From a virus (taxonomy: Duplodnaviria; Caudoviricetes), in the IMG/VR virus record IMGVR_UViG_3300046779_001894, positions 1 to 25,107 of that record: 25,107 bases of DNA; one strand, 5' to 3'. Made by a program: the position numbers and the translations under genes. The notes beneath the pieces are model-generated. The model made no database searches, was not told the DNA's origin, and worked only from the letters and a program-made list of their open reading frames with translations. Below are positions 6,553-14,231 of the stretch, in pieces. Each line of letters starts with the position of its first letter. Within the stretch, counting starts at the first letter, position 1.

Positions 6553-6875
6553 TACAACGGCTTATTGCCACGCCTACGATTACACGACCCATGAGCCGCA
6601 GCCAAAGGACTATTAGCATCACCAGCAACCAAATGGTCAGCCTGCCACGGGTCACCAACACGAGCGCCCTCACCACACAAATGACAAACAACCGCACTAT
6701 CACGCACCTGCTTAGCACGGCGCTGATAATCCCCACCATAAGTATTCAAAGTCTTCTTAATAAGCGACCTACGCAACTCAGCCAACTCATCAATACGGCG
6801 CTGATGAACCTCACACCGATTACCACCAGAAGTCAATTCGCCACAATCAAGACACGGCTTAGGGAAACGACTCAT
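6552..6875 (-). CDS. HNH endonuclease (packaging-associated, gp74-like)
   Basis: PKPCLDCG...RCEVH N-terminus; CHLCG...ADHL...HGSCNRRRG HNH core. Confidence 0.9.
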   Translation of the reverse strand: MSRFPKPCLDCGELTSGGNRCEVHQRRIDELAELRRSLIKKTLNTYGGDYQRRAKQVRDSAVVCHLCGEGARVGDPWQADHLVAGDANSPLAAAHGSCNRRRGNKPL

Positions 6876-7054
6876 TTTCTTTTATCTGTTGTGTAAAACC
6901 CAGAACCCTTGAACGACACAGCAACCGCACCGACAACCTGACGCATCGGCTTGTCACACTCCACACACTTGACCTCTGCTGGTTCGTCAGCGTGAATAGA
7001 CCGAACCTCAGTCATCTTATGACCCTGTTCGCACAAATACTCGTAAAGTGGCAT
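6872..7054 (-). CDS. FmdB-family zinc ribbon protein
   Basis: MPLYEYLC...CVEC...FKGSGFYTTD signature. Confidence 0.9.
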   Translation of the reverse strand: MPLYEYLCEQGHKMTEVRSIHADEPAEVKCVECDKPMRQVVGAVAVSFKGSGFYTTDKRK

Positions 7055-7174
7055 TTACTTTGTTTCCTTAGTTTGATTGGCTTTAATTTCTTGCCATAGC
7101 CATTTTAAAAACTGAACAAAGAATGAATCAGGCTCAGGCTCTCGTGGATAGGGGCTAATGTATGGCACACCCAT
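7055..7174 (-). CDS. hypothetical protein (39 aa)
   Basis: MGVPYISPYPREPEPDSFFVQFLKWLWQEIKANQTKETK; TGATG coupling; fills the gap. Confidence 0.55.
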   Translation of the reverse strand: MGVPYISPYPREPEPDSFFVQFLKWLWQEIKANQTKETK

Positions 7175-7431
7175 CAGTTAGTTTCCCTAATGAAGTTCAC
7201 GAGCCAATCAATCTGTTCAGGTATAGGAAGATAACCGTGTTCTATAAATTGTCTGCGCCATTCTTCTTGGAATCGCTTTACAATCCGTTCACGCTCAGAT
7301 TGTCTAGTCAAATTTTCTAGGCAATCCAAACAGGTATAAATTTCGTCAACTTTGTGACCAATTATTTCACCCAAATCTGAGTGGTAGCAGTTATCTTCAC
7401 TATTTGCTGCTTCGTAAACAAACCCACTCAT
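7174..7431 (-). CDS. hypothetical protein with ERERI motif (85 aa)
   Basis: CYH...H...CLDC followed by SERERIVKRF. Confidence 0.75.
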   Translation of the reverse strand: MSGFVYEAANSEDNCYHSDLGEIIGHKVDEIYTCLDCLENLTRQSERERIVKRFQEEWRRQFIEHGYLPIPEQIDWLVNFIRETN

Positions 7432-7544
7432 TTATTTAGCCGCTCAATGAACTGCTTGACAGCAACCGCTTCACGGTCAGCACCAAGTTGGTAAAGTTCA
7501 ACATAATAGGCTTTCAACGCAGCCAATAAATCCTTAGCGGTCAC
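7428..7544 (-). CDS. hypothetical protein (38 aa)
   Basis: MTAKDLLAALKAYYVELYQLGADREAVAVKQFIERLNK; GTGA and ATGA overlaps at its two ends. Confidence 0.6.
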   Translation of the reverse strand: MTAKDLLAALKAYYVELYQLGADREAVAVKQFIERLNK

Positions 7545-7894
7545 TTCGCTCTTTCTTTCTCTAACGCCTGATAAAACTCGGCAGGCGACAACTTTACCCC
7601 AGTCCGATAACTCGTATCAAACCGCTCTAAAAACGGGTCAGAAACACAATGCTCAGGATTAATGCAGTCACCATAACCGCACTTCCTAACACCAGCAAGA
7701 ATAGGCTGACCAAAGCGTGTAACCGGAATCTCGTTCTCATCGAAGTCACCGACATGGCTAAAACACACCCCAAACTTGGTTTCAACAGGCACAGCATTAT
7801 TGCAATCAGCACAAACAGTCAGTTCTCTGGCTTTGCCTCTACGCATACGCAGAGTCTGTGCATCAACAGGATTAAAACAACTACTACAAAACAT
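7541..7894 (-). CDS. Zn-finger protein with His-Cys-box-like C-terminus (117 aa)
   Basis: SD AAAGGGA before ATG at 7894; CSSC, CADC and CGYGDCINPEH. Confidence 0.75.
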   Translation of the reverse strand: MFCSSCFNPVDAQTLRMRRGKARELTVCADCNNAVPVETKFGVCFSHVGDFDENEIPVTRFGQPILAGVRKCGYGDCINPEHCVSDPFLERFDTSYRTGVKLSPAEFYQALEKERAK

Positions 7895-7906
7895 TTTTCC
7901 CTTTCC

Positions 7907-7974
7907 GTGAACTGGTGAGAATTGCACCCACATTTGGCTTGCCCCACAGAACAACTTGGCATCCAACAGTTCCC
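7907..7974 (-). ncRNA. degenerate tRNA-like element (possibly derived from tRNA-His GTG)
   Basis: Acceptor stem GAACTG/CAGTTC, T-arm GTGGG-TGCAATT-CTCAC, central arm around CTGTGG, reduced D-arm, no encoded CCA. Confidence 0.5.
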
Positions 7975-8005
7975 ATCCCTGACCATCGTAGTTAGTCAGG
8001 AAGTT

Positions 8006-9175
8006 CTAAAATCTTATTACACTTCCACCAAAATGAACACCCTTTTGAAGTTCCAAACAGGTAATACCAGATTTTGAATCCTCACCAGAAACTCGTCTAA
8101 ACCAAGACGAACCATTGTCAGAAGTTGTGGCCTGCACCCAGAAGCGTGAACCGCCATTGTGTGACTCGCCAACCTCAACAACTCGCAAATGATGAAAGTG
8201 GCCTGTGAGAAGCAGCGAAGCAGCAGCAACAGGTTGATGACCAAATGTTGAGCCACGCCACCAAGTCACAGCGTTATCTGGGCGGTTGTATTGGTGTCCG
8301 TGAGCCACACCAACAATGTGAAAACCGTCATCAAACGCATCAAACGCCAACGACTCATCATGTGGTTGTGGAATGAGGAACTCGACAGGCAAACCCACTT
8401 CGACAGCCAAACGGCGAACCTGCTGCAAAATAACAATGCCCCAGTCATCCACACCCGGCTTACCAACAGCCTGCTTACTCACACGCCACTGACAATGGTT
8501 AGACCCGATGCTTGCATAAGTCACAGGCGCATACTTGGTTGCCATCTTCAAAAAATCCCAGATAAGCGCACAAGCCAAATCAACCTGCTGCATAATGCTC
8601 AAATCATTACCCTGCAACTGTTGAAGATTAGCGGCGTTCTCAAACCCCTCAATAATGTCACCCAAGTCAACCGCATAAATGCGCTCATACTTGTTCTTCT
8701 TCAAATGCTGCTCAATCAACGCATACGAGTTGTGAATACGCTCAACAAGTTCTTTGCTGCCCCCACGCTGGTCAGTTTTACCAACCTGAAAGTCAGCCAA
8801 ACAAGCAATAAATACCTTGTCCGAATCAACAGGTTTCATTGCAGGTTTCTTTGTTTTCTTTACCTCGGCATACAGCGTAGGCAAATCCAGCACAACACCG
8901 TGGCGTTTCTGGAAACGGAACTTGTAAGAAGTCAACCATTGAGGTTCGAGAGGGAATGGTCTTGCGACCTGCCAGCGGCTAGTGCGTGGCACACCAACAA
9001 TCTCATACTCGGCAGGGTCAAAACCTGCTTCTATAAGGAACTGTTCAAAATCTGGTTTCTCGTCATCTGAGAGTGCTGGAAGTGTTGCCTCACCTAACGA
9101 CCCATCAAATTCGAGGGCTGGTTCAAACCCTGACGGTGGTTTGATTTTCGTGGTCGGTTGCAAGTCATCTAGCAT
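8006..9175 (-). CDS. calcineurin-like metallophosphoesterase (Mre11/DP1-like nuclease)
   Basis: Motifs ADFQVGK, LGDIIEG, GSNH, HGHQ and GHFHH in canonical order. Confidence 0.85.
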   Translation of the reverse strand: MLDDLQPTTKIKPPSGFEPALEFDGSLGEATLPALSDDEKPDFEQFLIEAGFDPAEYEIVGVPRTSRWQVARPFPLEPQWLTSYKFRFQKRHGVVLDLPTLYAEVKKTKKPAMKPVDSDKVFIACLADFQVGKTDQRGGSKELVERIHNSYALIEQHLKKNKYERIYAVDLGDIIEGFENAANLQQLQGNDLSIMQQVDLACALIWDFLKMATKYAPVTYASIGSNHCQWRVSKQAVGKPGVDDWGIVILQQVRRLAVEVGLPVEFLIPQPHDESLAFDAFDDGFHIVGVAHGHQYNRPDNAVTWWRGSTFGHQPVAAASLLLTGHFHHLRVVEVGESHNGGSRFWVQATTSDNGSSWFRRVSGEDSKSGITCLELQKGVHFGGSVIRF

Positions 9176-9408
9176 TAGTTAACCCTAAAGCAAGCACACG
9201 ACTTTTTGCGGTGATTGCTGATGGCGTTATCTGAAAGCAACACTCCACGCTTCTTCAGTTCGTTAGACAAAGTCTTTGCACCCCAAACATCAGGCGACAT
9301 AACAGCCTGTTCAAGAATCTTCGCATCCTTAGCATCCAACTCTTGCGTTAGAACCGTTTTCACCCTGCAACTGAACTGCCTAACTGGTGGTTTCAAATCT
9401 TCAAGCAT
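9175..9408 (-). CDS. small putative DNA-binding protein (77 aa)
   Basis: HTH-like helices and HRKKSCAC; coupled to the phosphoesterase gene. Confidence 0.7.
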   Translation of the reverse strand: MLEDLKPPVRQFSCRVKTVLTQELDAKDAKILEQAVMSPDVWGAKTLSNELKKRGVLLSDNAISNHRKKSCACFRVN

Positions 9409-9410
9409 CT

Positions 9411-9605
9411 CTACTCCCTTGTTAATGCTCTTGCCAACTTGATAGCGTTTGGGTCTGCAACCTGAGCGTTCCTTGTTTCGTTAGTCATCCAAGCGGCTAA
9501 CGGTTTACGGATTGACTCAAAATCTTCCGACCAAACCAAGTTCTTGTCAGACAACAAGTTTGCTGCCTCAGATAGAAGTTTATAGGTTTTAGCGAAATCT
9601 GGCAA
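9411..9605 (-). CDS. hypothetical protein (64 aa)
   Basis: TTG at 9605 preceded by SD AGGAG. Confidence 0.65.
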   Translation of the reverse strand: MPDFAKTYKLLSEAANLLSDKNLVWSEDFESIRKPLAAWMTNETRNAQVADPNAIKLARALTRE

Positions 9606-9732
9606 CGAAACTCCTAAGTGTTTTGTAAATCTTTGCAACAGGTGTTGGGCTGAAGAACAGCAACCAGTTGTTGATTTGGGCTAGTTTCCAGCGGATAGGT
9701 GTCCTGCGTGGTTTTGCTTTGTGCTTACCCAT
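9589..9732 (-). CDS. basic hypothetical protein (47 aa)
   Basis: MGKHKAKPRRTPIRWKLAQINNWLLFF...; SD GGAG; fills the gap. Confidence 0.55.
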   Translation of the reverse strand: MGKHKAKPRRTPIRWKLAQINNWLLFFSPTPVAKIYKTLRSFVARFR

Positions 9733-9934
9733 CTACGCCACTCCTAATCCGGTCAATAACCCATTTAATTGTTGGCTTATTTGGGTGCTTTAGAACATCT
9801 TGCAACCAGTCGGCTATTTTGTTGCGTTCTGCAATAGCGCCCACAGTTTTGCCGTTATCTAAAGCGACATTCATTTGTTGTAGGAACTCAGCCATGCTAA
9901 TGTCTAGGCGTTCTTTGTTTGTGTCTAGTGGCAT
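9725..9934 (-). CDS. hypothetical protein, ERERI-like (69 aa)
   Basis: GAIAERNKIADWL motif; SD GAGGA. Confidence 0.7.
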   Translation of the reverse strand: MPLDTNKERLDISMAEFLQQMNVALDNGKTVGAIAERNKIADWLQDVLKHPNKPTIKWVIDRIRSGVDG

Positions 9935-10101
9935 TTCATTTCCTCAATCTTTTTCAGTAGTGCAGCGTCTATGCGTTTGCGGTCTTTAAGTAGTTCTAGG
10001 ATTTCTTGTTTCATTTCTAGTTTTCCTAGTAGTTTGCCGTTTTTGTGTGCGGCGGCAGCAGCATCGTAGATGCCGTTGAAAATTGGTGTCTGGCTGCTCA
10101 T
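9925..10101 (-). CDS. hypothetical protein (58 aa)
   Basis: Hand-translated MSSQTPIFNGIYDAAAAHKNGKLLGKLEMKQEILELLK...; ATGA coupling. Confidence 0.65.
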   Translation of the reverse strand: MSSQTPIFNGIYDAAAAAHKNGKLLGKLEMKQEILELLKDRKRIDAALLKKIEEMKCH

Positions 10102-10295
10102 TTGTATTCCTTGAGTGTCTGCTCAATTTGTTTGAGCCAAAGCCTCACAGCATCCGTATAGCCGTCAGCATCTTTAGGTGTCGCATCAACCTGTTCCAGC
10201 ATGATTTTTACAAGTTTCATCTGACCACGCTTATAGCCAAGAGAATAGCCGTCAAGCCAATCTTCTGATGGTTGCATTATTTCAAATTTCTTCAT
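10098..10295 (-). CDS. hypothetical protein (65 aa)
   Basis: ORF track; ATGA couplings. Confidence 0.7.
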   Translation of the reverse strand: MKKFEIMQPSEDWLDGYSLGYKRGQMKLVKIMLEQVDATPKDADGYTDAVRLWLKQIEQTLKEYK

Positions 10296-10480
10296 TTGTT
10301 CTTTCCCTTGATAAGAGTTTCAATCAACAAAAGTAGGTCTGTGCATTTGCCACCATGATGTGAGCAACGACCAACAACTTCAGGATGCGCATGACGGAAT
10401 GTTTCCATAGCATCGTGGTCAGCCAAAGCATCAAAGCAAATTTGGCGTTTGATTAGTTCAATTACTTCTTCGATGCTCAC
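10292..10480 (-). CDS. cassette protein (62 aa, ends IKGKNK)
   Basis: ORF track; C-terminal block shared with neighbours. Confidence 0.7.
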   Translation of the reverse strand: MSIEEVIELIKRQICFDALADHDAMETFRHAHPEVVGRCSHHGGKCTDLLLLIETLIKGKNK

Positions 10481-10647
10481 TTGTTACCCCCCTTGATAAG
10501 AGCGATTAGAACATCAAGACTTATTTCGATAACCTTTGGCCAATCACCTTCGCACTCATCTTCTAGCAGTTTGATAATGCGTTCACGCTCAGCCAAAGTT
10601 GCTTTTAGGGCAACTTCGCCAATAGTCGGGTATTTGTATTCGCTCAC
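10477..10647 (-). CDS. cassette protein (56 aa, ERERIIKLLED...IKGGNK)
   Basis: Hand-translated; GTGA overlaps at both ends. Confidence 0.75.
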   Translation of the reverse strand: MSEYKYPTIGEVALKATLAERERIIKLLEDECEGDWPKVIEISLDVLIALIKGGNK

Positions 10648-10770
10648 TTGTTCTCTCCCTTGATAAGAGCGATTTGTTCTGTTCTAATTTGGCAAGACCA
10701 ACAAGCACCCATGCATTTACTGCCTTTGCACATTGCATCTTCTAGCAGTTTGATAATGCGTTCACGCTCA
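10557..10770. repeat. 35 bp exact direct repeat (10557-10591 and 10736-10770)
   Basis: CATCTTCTAGCAGTTTGATAATGCGTTCACGCTCA occurs twice. Confidence 0.9.
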
Positions 10771-10844
10771 TCTTGAACACCAGCCTTGTAGTTCTCATTG
10801 CGTGTCCGAATCATTTGTTCCTGCGTATAAAGTGCTTCACTCAC
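10644..10844 (-). CDS. cassette protein (66 aa, ERERIIKLLED...IKGENK)
   Basis: ORF track; Cys-rich variable segment. Confidence 0.75.
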   Translation of the reverse strand: MSEALYTQEQMIRTRNENYKAGVQDERERIIKLLEDAMCKGSKCMGACWSCQIRTEQIALIKGENK

Positions 10845-11089
10845 TTGTTATCCCCCTTAATAGCAGCAATAATTGTGTTGAACTGAGGAATCCAGTTGAC
10901 ACCATTCTCATCAATGTAAGGTCGCAATTTCTCAACAGCAGCCAAAATGCGCTCACGCTCGGCAGCACGGAACTTAGCCTCAAACTTGCCAACACCAGAC
11001 TGATAACGAACCCAGTTGTTGTAATGAATGATGCACAAACCCCTCGCCCGGTGCTGACCCGTGCAACCATCAATCTCACACTTACGCAT
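10841..11089 (-). CDS. cassette protein with N-terminal Zn finger (82 aa)
   Basis: CEIDGC...ARGLCIIHY, AERERIL and IKGDNK. Confidence 0.75.
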   Translation of the reverse strand: MRKCEIDGCTGQHRARGLCIIHYNNWVRYQSGVGKFEAKFRAAERERILAAVEKLRPYIDENGVNWIPQFNTIIAAIKGDNK

Positions 11090-11360
11090 CTCTACCCCAA
11101 ACGATGCACTTGCGACCTGCACGAGTAGTTGCGTAAGACTTCACAACCACAACACCCAAATCAACCAAATCCTTACGGCGAGAACGAATACCCGAATCCG
11201 TGCCAAGCCAACCCTTGCCACGAAACGCCTCAACCAATTGTTCATCAGTCAACGGTTTACGCAACAAAGACCAAATCTTGTATTGAGTATCCGAAACTTC
11301 AATAACCGACTCAGCAGCCTCATGTGAGGTGTGTGGGTCAGTTTTTCTTGCAACAACCAT
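11082..11360 (-). CDS. winged-helix-like DNA-binding protein
   Basis: ARKTDPHTSHEAA N-terminus, LTDEQL...SGIRSRRKDLVDLG; SD GAAAGGGA. Confidence 0.75.
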   Translation of the reverse strand: MVVARKTDPHTSHEAAESVIEVSDTQYKIWSLLRKPLTDEQLVEAFRGKGWLGTDSGIRSRRKDLVDLGVVVVKSYATTRAGRKCIVWGRDA

Positions 11361-11372
11361 GAATCCCTTTCA

Positions 11373-11457
11373 GTAACCGTATTTCGGTCACAAAGAGAGA
11401 GTAATGCTTTTGAGAGTGTTTTGCAAGTAATAACGCCCCTCGTTATCAAACCGTTAC
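11373..11457 (-). promoter_or_regulatory. promoter module P4 (box inverted)
   Basis: TTGCAA-N17-TACTCT, hairpin GTGACCG-AAATA-CGGTTAC, box at 11441-11457 in the opposite orientation to P1-P3. Confidence 0.7.
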
Positions 11458-11904
11458 AAAGCAGAAATCGTGACTTTAGCGCCCGAAACAGGGTAAGTGT
11501 CCGTGGTGCTGCCAGTCCACAACTCACGAGCAAATAACTCGACAACCAAAGCATCATCTGTCCAAAGACCAGAATGAGTTATCGAATCTAAAACCGCCCT
11601 TGTTAACTTGTCAAATATCCGGTGCAGAGGCCGGATACACCCACTTAGGTTTCTGCGGTTTAGTAATAAAAAAAGTGATAGAAACCTTGACAGGTTCATC
11701 AAACTGGATAACTGATTCGGTTTCCAGCATCTTCTGTTTGACAGCCAAAACAATGGCACTACGCCAAGCAGGTAAATACTTTGATGCTTCAGAGAAGCGG
11801 CCATTCCCACGATAACTCTTAGAACCCTGTGGTGCAGGCCGCCCCTCAACGAAAAAAGAAAACTCTTTCCGTTTCTGGTCAGGCACGACTATTTCTTTAT
11901 CCAT
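11454..11904 (-). pseudogene. rusA: RusA-like Holliday junction resolvase split by a 1-nt frameshift
   Basis: First frame GRPAPQGSK...PDI*; next frame DKLTRAVLDSIT...WTDDALVV; junction GAT ATT TGA CAA G at about 11613. Confidence 0.85.
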
Positions 11905-12047
11905 ACATTGACCGATGCGAAAGCAAACAAAACCATCAACATCAATGCAGAAACACGCACAAAACCAGAATAATCAGCATTGTCACCAATCAACCAGAAC
12001 AGGTAACAAGCCCACAACTGGATAAAGGTAGCAATAACTTTAGGCAT
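11889..12047 (-). CDS. small membrane protein (52 aa)
   Basis: MPKVIATFIQLWACYLFWLIG...ALMLMVLFAFASVNVWIKK; TAATG coupling. Confidence 0.7.
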   Translation of the reverse strand: MPKVIATFIQLWACYLFWLIGDNADYSGFVRVSALMLMVLFAFASVNVWIKK

Positions 12048-12376
12048 TAGAACGGGTCATTCCCACGAGGCTTGTCGCTACCCAACTTACTGATAACAGC
12101 CTCATTGACATGAACCTCAATCGAGGTGTGTTCCTTGCCCGACTTGTCAGTCCACTTGCGTTCCGCACCAGTAGCGAAATCAACCGCAGGCTTAGCCGAC
12201 ATCAAACCCGAAACATGGATAACATCATCTGGCTGAACAGGAGTGTTCGACCAAACTTTGAACCAAGTCTTACCCTTTGAACCATCGTTGCGAGTGTATT
12301 CCTCAACAACTGTGCAATGTCCGTTTCCAGTCTTCTCGACCTTTACGAACTCTAATGTGATTTTAGCCATTCCCAT
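12047..12376 (-). CDS. ssb: single-stranded DNA-binding protein (OB-fold-like)
   Basis: WFKVW, VIHVSG, WTDKSGKEH and C-terminal DPF; located in the replication module. Confidence 0.7.
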   Translation of the reverse strand: MGMAKITLEFVKVEKTGNGHCTVVEEYTRNDGSKGKTWFKVWSNTPVQPDDVIHVSGLMSAKPAVDFATGAERKWTDKSGKEHTSIEVHVNEAVISKLGSDKPRGNDPF

Positions 12377-12383
12377 GACCCTT

Positions 12384-12683
12384 TCATTTATTTTTATCAG
12401 AAGCCGCTGATAATCGGTTTATCTGATGCCCCGAAGCCACACAATCTGCGTGACCACAAGAACGCTCACCCGGCATAAATGGTTCACCATCTAGCATCGG
12501 GGTTACGCCATCAGCAGCATACAAACCATGCCAACTAATGCACCGAGTCTTACCATACTGGATTGTTGTGGCAGGTTTAGCCCGACACGACTGACAAAGC
12601 ATCCTGTCACGGCGTTTCTTTGGGGCAACAGCCCAAACAAATCCACACCTGAAACAAAGAACTTGGTTTTCATCCACAACCAA
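12384..12683 (-). CDS. Zn-finger protein, paralog of 7541-7894
   Basis: CFRC, CQSC and CGHADCVASGH. Confidence 0.75.
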   Translation of the reverse strand: MVVDENQVLCFRCGFVWAVAPKKRRDRMLCQSCRAKPATTIQYGKTRCISWHGLYAADGVTPMLDGEPFMPGERSCGHADCVASGHQINRLSAASDKNK

Positions 12684-12686
12684 ACC

Positions 12687-13043
12687 CTAGCGGTTTTTCT
12701 TCGCCAATTCAACACAACACGGTGAACAATAAACAATTTTCTCGCCATGCTTGCAAAGAGGGATAGGCGAACCCAGTTTCTTTTCCGAAGGCTGCCCTGC
12801 TTGGTCACGCCGAGCATCCGTGGTTTTGCGGTCAGAAATAACCCTAGCCTTAGCCAAAATGTGTTTAGGTTCAACCCAGTCAATTGCAGCATCCTGTTTA
12901 GCCAAGTGAGCGGCCTCACGAGCGGTATCGAAATCAAGATGACCGATAAGTTCATGCCAAGCCAAAATGCCGTCAGGATGAATCTTGCGGTTATCCGTCA
13001 AAGACAGAAACTCTAAAATGCTGGCAGTATCAACGGCTTCCAT
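12687..13043 (-). CDS. helicase loader/inhibitor (G39P-like)
   Basis: DNRKI...AWHELIGHLDFDTAREAA...P pattern; directly follows the initiator gene. Confidence 0.65.
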   Translation of the reverse strand: MEAVDTASILEFLSLTDNRKIHPDGILAWHELIGHLDFDTAREAAHLAKQDAAIDWVEPKHILAKARVISDRKTTDARRDQAGQPSEKKLGSPIPLCKHGEKIVYCSPCCVELAKKNR

Positions 13044-13671
13044 ATTTCTTCCTAAACTCATCAAGAACCGACTTGTTATCGGTTGTGCGGTTGCCCTGTT
13101 TCACATCTGGGCGAGTATTGCGAATCCAAGTCTGCCAAGTCCTAACCCAATCCAACTTCGTATTGTTCTTAGGTTTCGTTTCCCAATAATCTACAAAATT
13201 CAAAGTCGCTTTGTCAATGTCAACATCTGGGTGATTCAAAGCAGCCCAATTTCTCATCTCACGACTAACCGAAAAATCGTTTGGAATCCTAGTCGCCCTA
13301 GTATCTGATTCTTTATGGTTCTTAATGATGTTTTGCGTGCCAACAGGTGTCACCCCTGATTTACCTGAACTGTCACCCCTGCTTACCTGAGTTGTCACCC
13401 CTGCCTCAATATTTATCCAATACAGATTCGTCTTGTATTGCGATTTCATCGGGGCAGATTGAACCTCAACAATCAGTTCACCAAGTTCGATTAATTCTTG
13501 AATATCTCGCTTAACTGACCTGACTGACTCGTTGGTATAACGAGCCAAAGTTTCGATGCTAGGCCAAGCACCATTGTCGCCAAGATGGTTAGCGATGCCT
13601 AAAAGCACAATTTTCGCTCTGCCTTTTGCTTTCGAGTAGTTCAGAACCAGATTCATTGCTTCAATGCTCAT
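13030..13671 (-). CDS. replication initiator (HTH, lambda O-like)
   Basis: AWPSIETLA...RSVKRDIQELIELG winged helix; C-terminal FVDYW...KLDWVRTWQTW; internal iterons. Confidence 0.85.
   Translation of the reverse strand: MSIEAMNLVLNYSKAKGRAKIVLLGIANHLGDNGAWPSIETLARYTNESVRSVKRDIQELIELGELIVEVQSAPMKSQYKTNLYWINIEAGVTTQVSRGDSSGKSGVTPVGTQNIIKNHKESDTRATRIPNDFSVSREMRNWAALNHPDVDIDKATLNFVDYWETKPKNNTKLDWVRTWQTWIRNTRPDVKQGNRTTDNKSVLDEFRKKYGSR
13348..13403. repeat. iterons, probable replication origin
   Basis: TGTCACCCCTG at 13348, 13371 and 13393 with TTACCTGA linkers, inside the initiator gene. Confidence 0.75.
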
Positions 13672-13690
13672 AATTTCCCTTTTCTTTCCG

Positions 13691-14023
13691 TTATTTCAAA
13701 TTGTGCGTATCCCAACGCCCAAAATCATCATCTAAATAAGCCCACACGCCCCTGTAAGCGTCGAACACAGGCTCAGTAAGGGAATCACCCCACTTGCTCA
13801 ATTTCCACCCGTTAAACCGCCCCACAGCCGCAAAAGCCGAATCAGACTCCAACAACCCATTAGCCACAGCACATAACACAATGATGTTGCTAGGGTTATC
13901 AGCCCCACGACCACCCATCCCACGATTACTGCGATGCTGAGGCACAAGGTCATCATCAGTCGAACCACAATGGAAACACCCCTTGTCGCGGTCAAGAAAC
14001 TTCTGAAACTGTTTCTTATTCAT
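13691..14023 (-). CDS. HNH-like nuclease (110 aa)
   Basis: RDKGCFHCG...QHRSNRGMGG...PSNIIVLC. Confidence 0.75.
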   Translation of the reverse strand: MNKKQFQKFLDRDKGCFHCGSTDDDLVPQHRSNRGMGGRGADNPSNIIVLCAVANGLLESDSAFAAVGRFNGWKLSKWGDSLTEPVFDAYRGVWAYLDDDFGRWDTHNLK

Positions 14024-14231
14024 CGAACTCTGCACCCCTGAAACCAATGTGCAAATTCTTGTCAGTAAAATCTGGGGCAGACTCCACACTCGTAGCAGCC
14101 TGACTAAAAAAGTCGGCAGAATCAGCAACCTTGCACCTGTGAGTTTTACGCCACTCTAAAAGCAACGCAACCTCGTCACCCCTATCCAACTCGATAGAAG
14201 CCCCACAAGAACAAGTTTCGCTAATTGCCAT
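14016..14231 (-). CDS. hypothetical protein (71 aa)
   Basis: CSCG...HRC; overlaps neighbours in the operon. Confidence 0.7.
   Translation of the reverse strand: MAISETCSCGASIELDRGDEVALLLEWRKTHRCKVADSADFFSQAATSVESAPDFTDKNLHIGFRGAEFDE

Noticed and set aside
7907-7974. Functional tRNA-His or an attP site
   Set aside because: D-arm and anticodon loop are non-canonical, and no integrase is present in the window.
11611-11613. TGA recoding or an alternative genetic code
   Set aside because: The rusA continuation is in a different frame, and all three stop codons terminate genes normally elsewhere.
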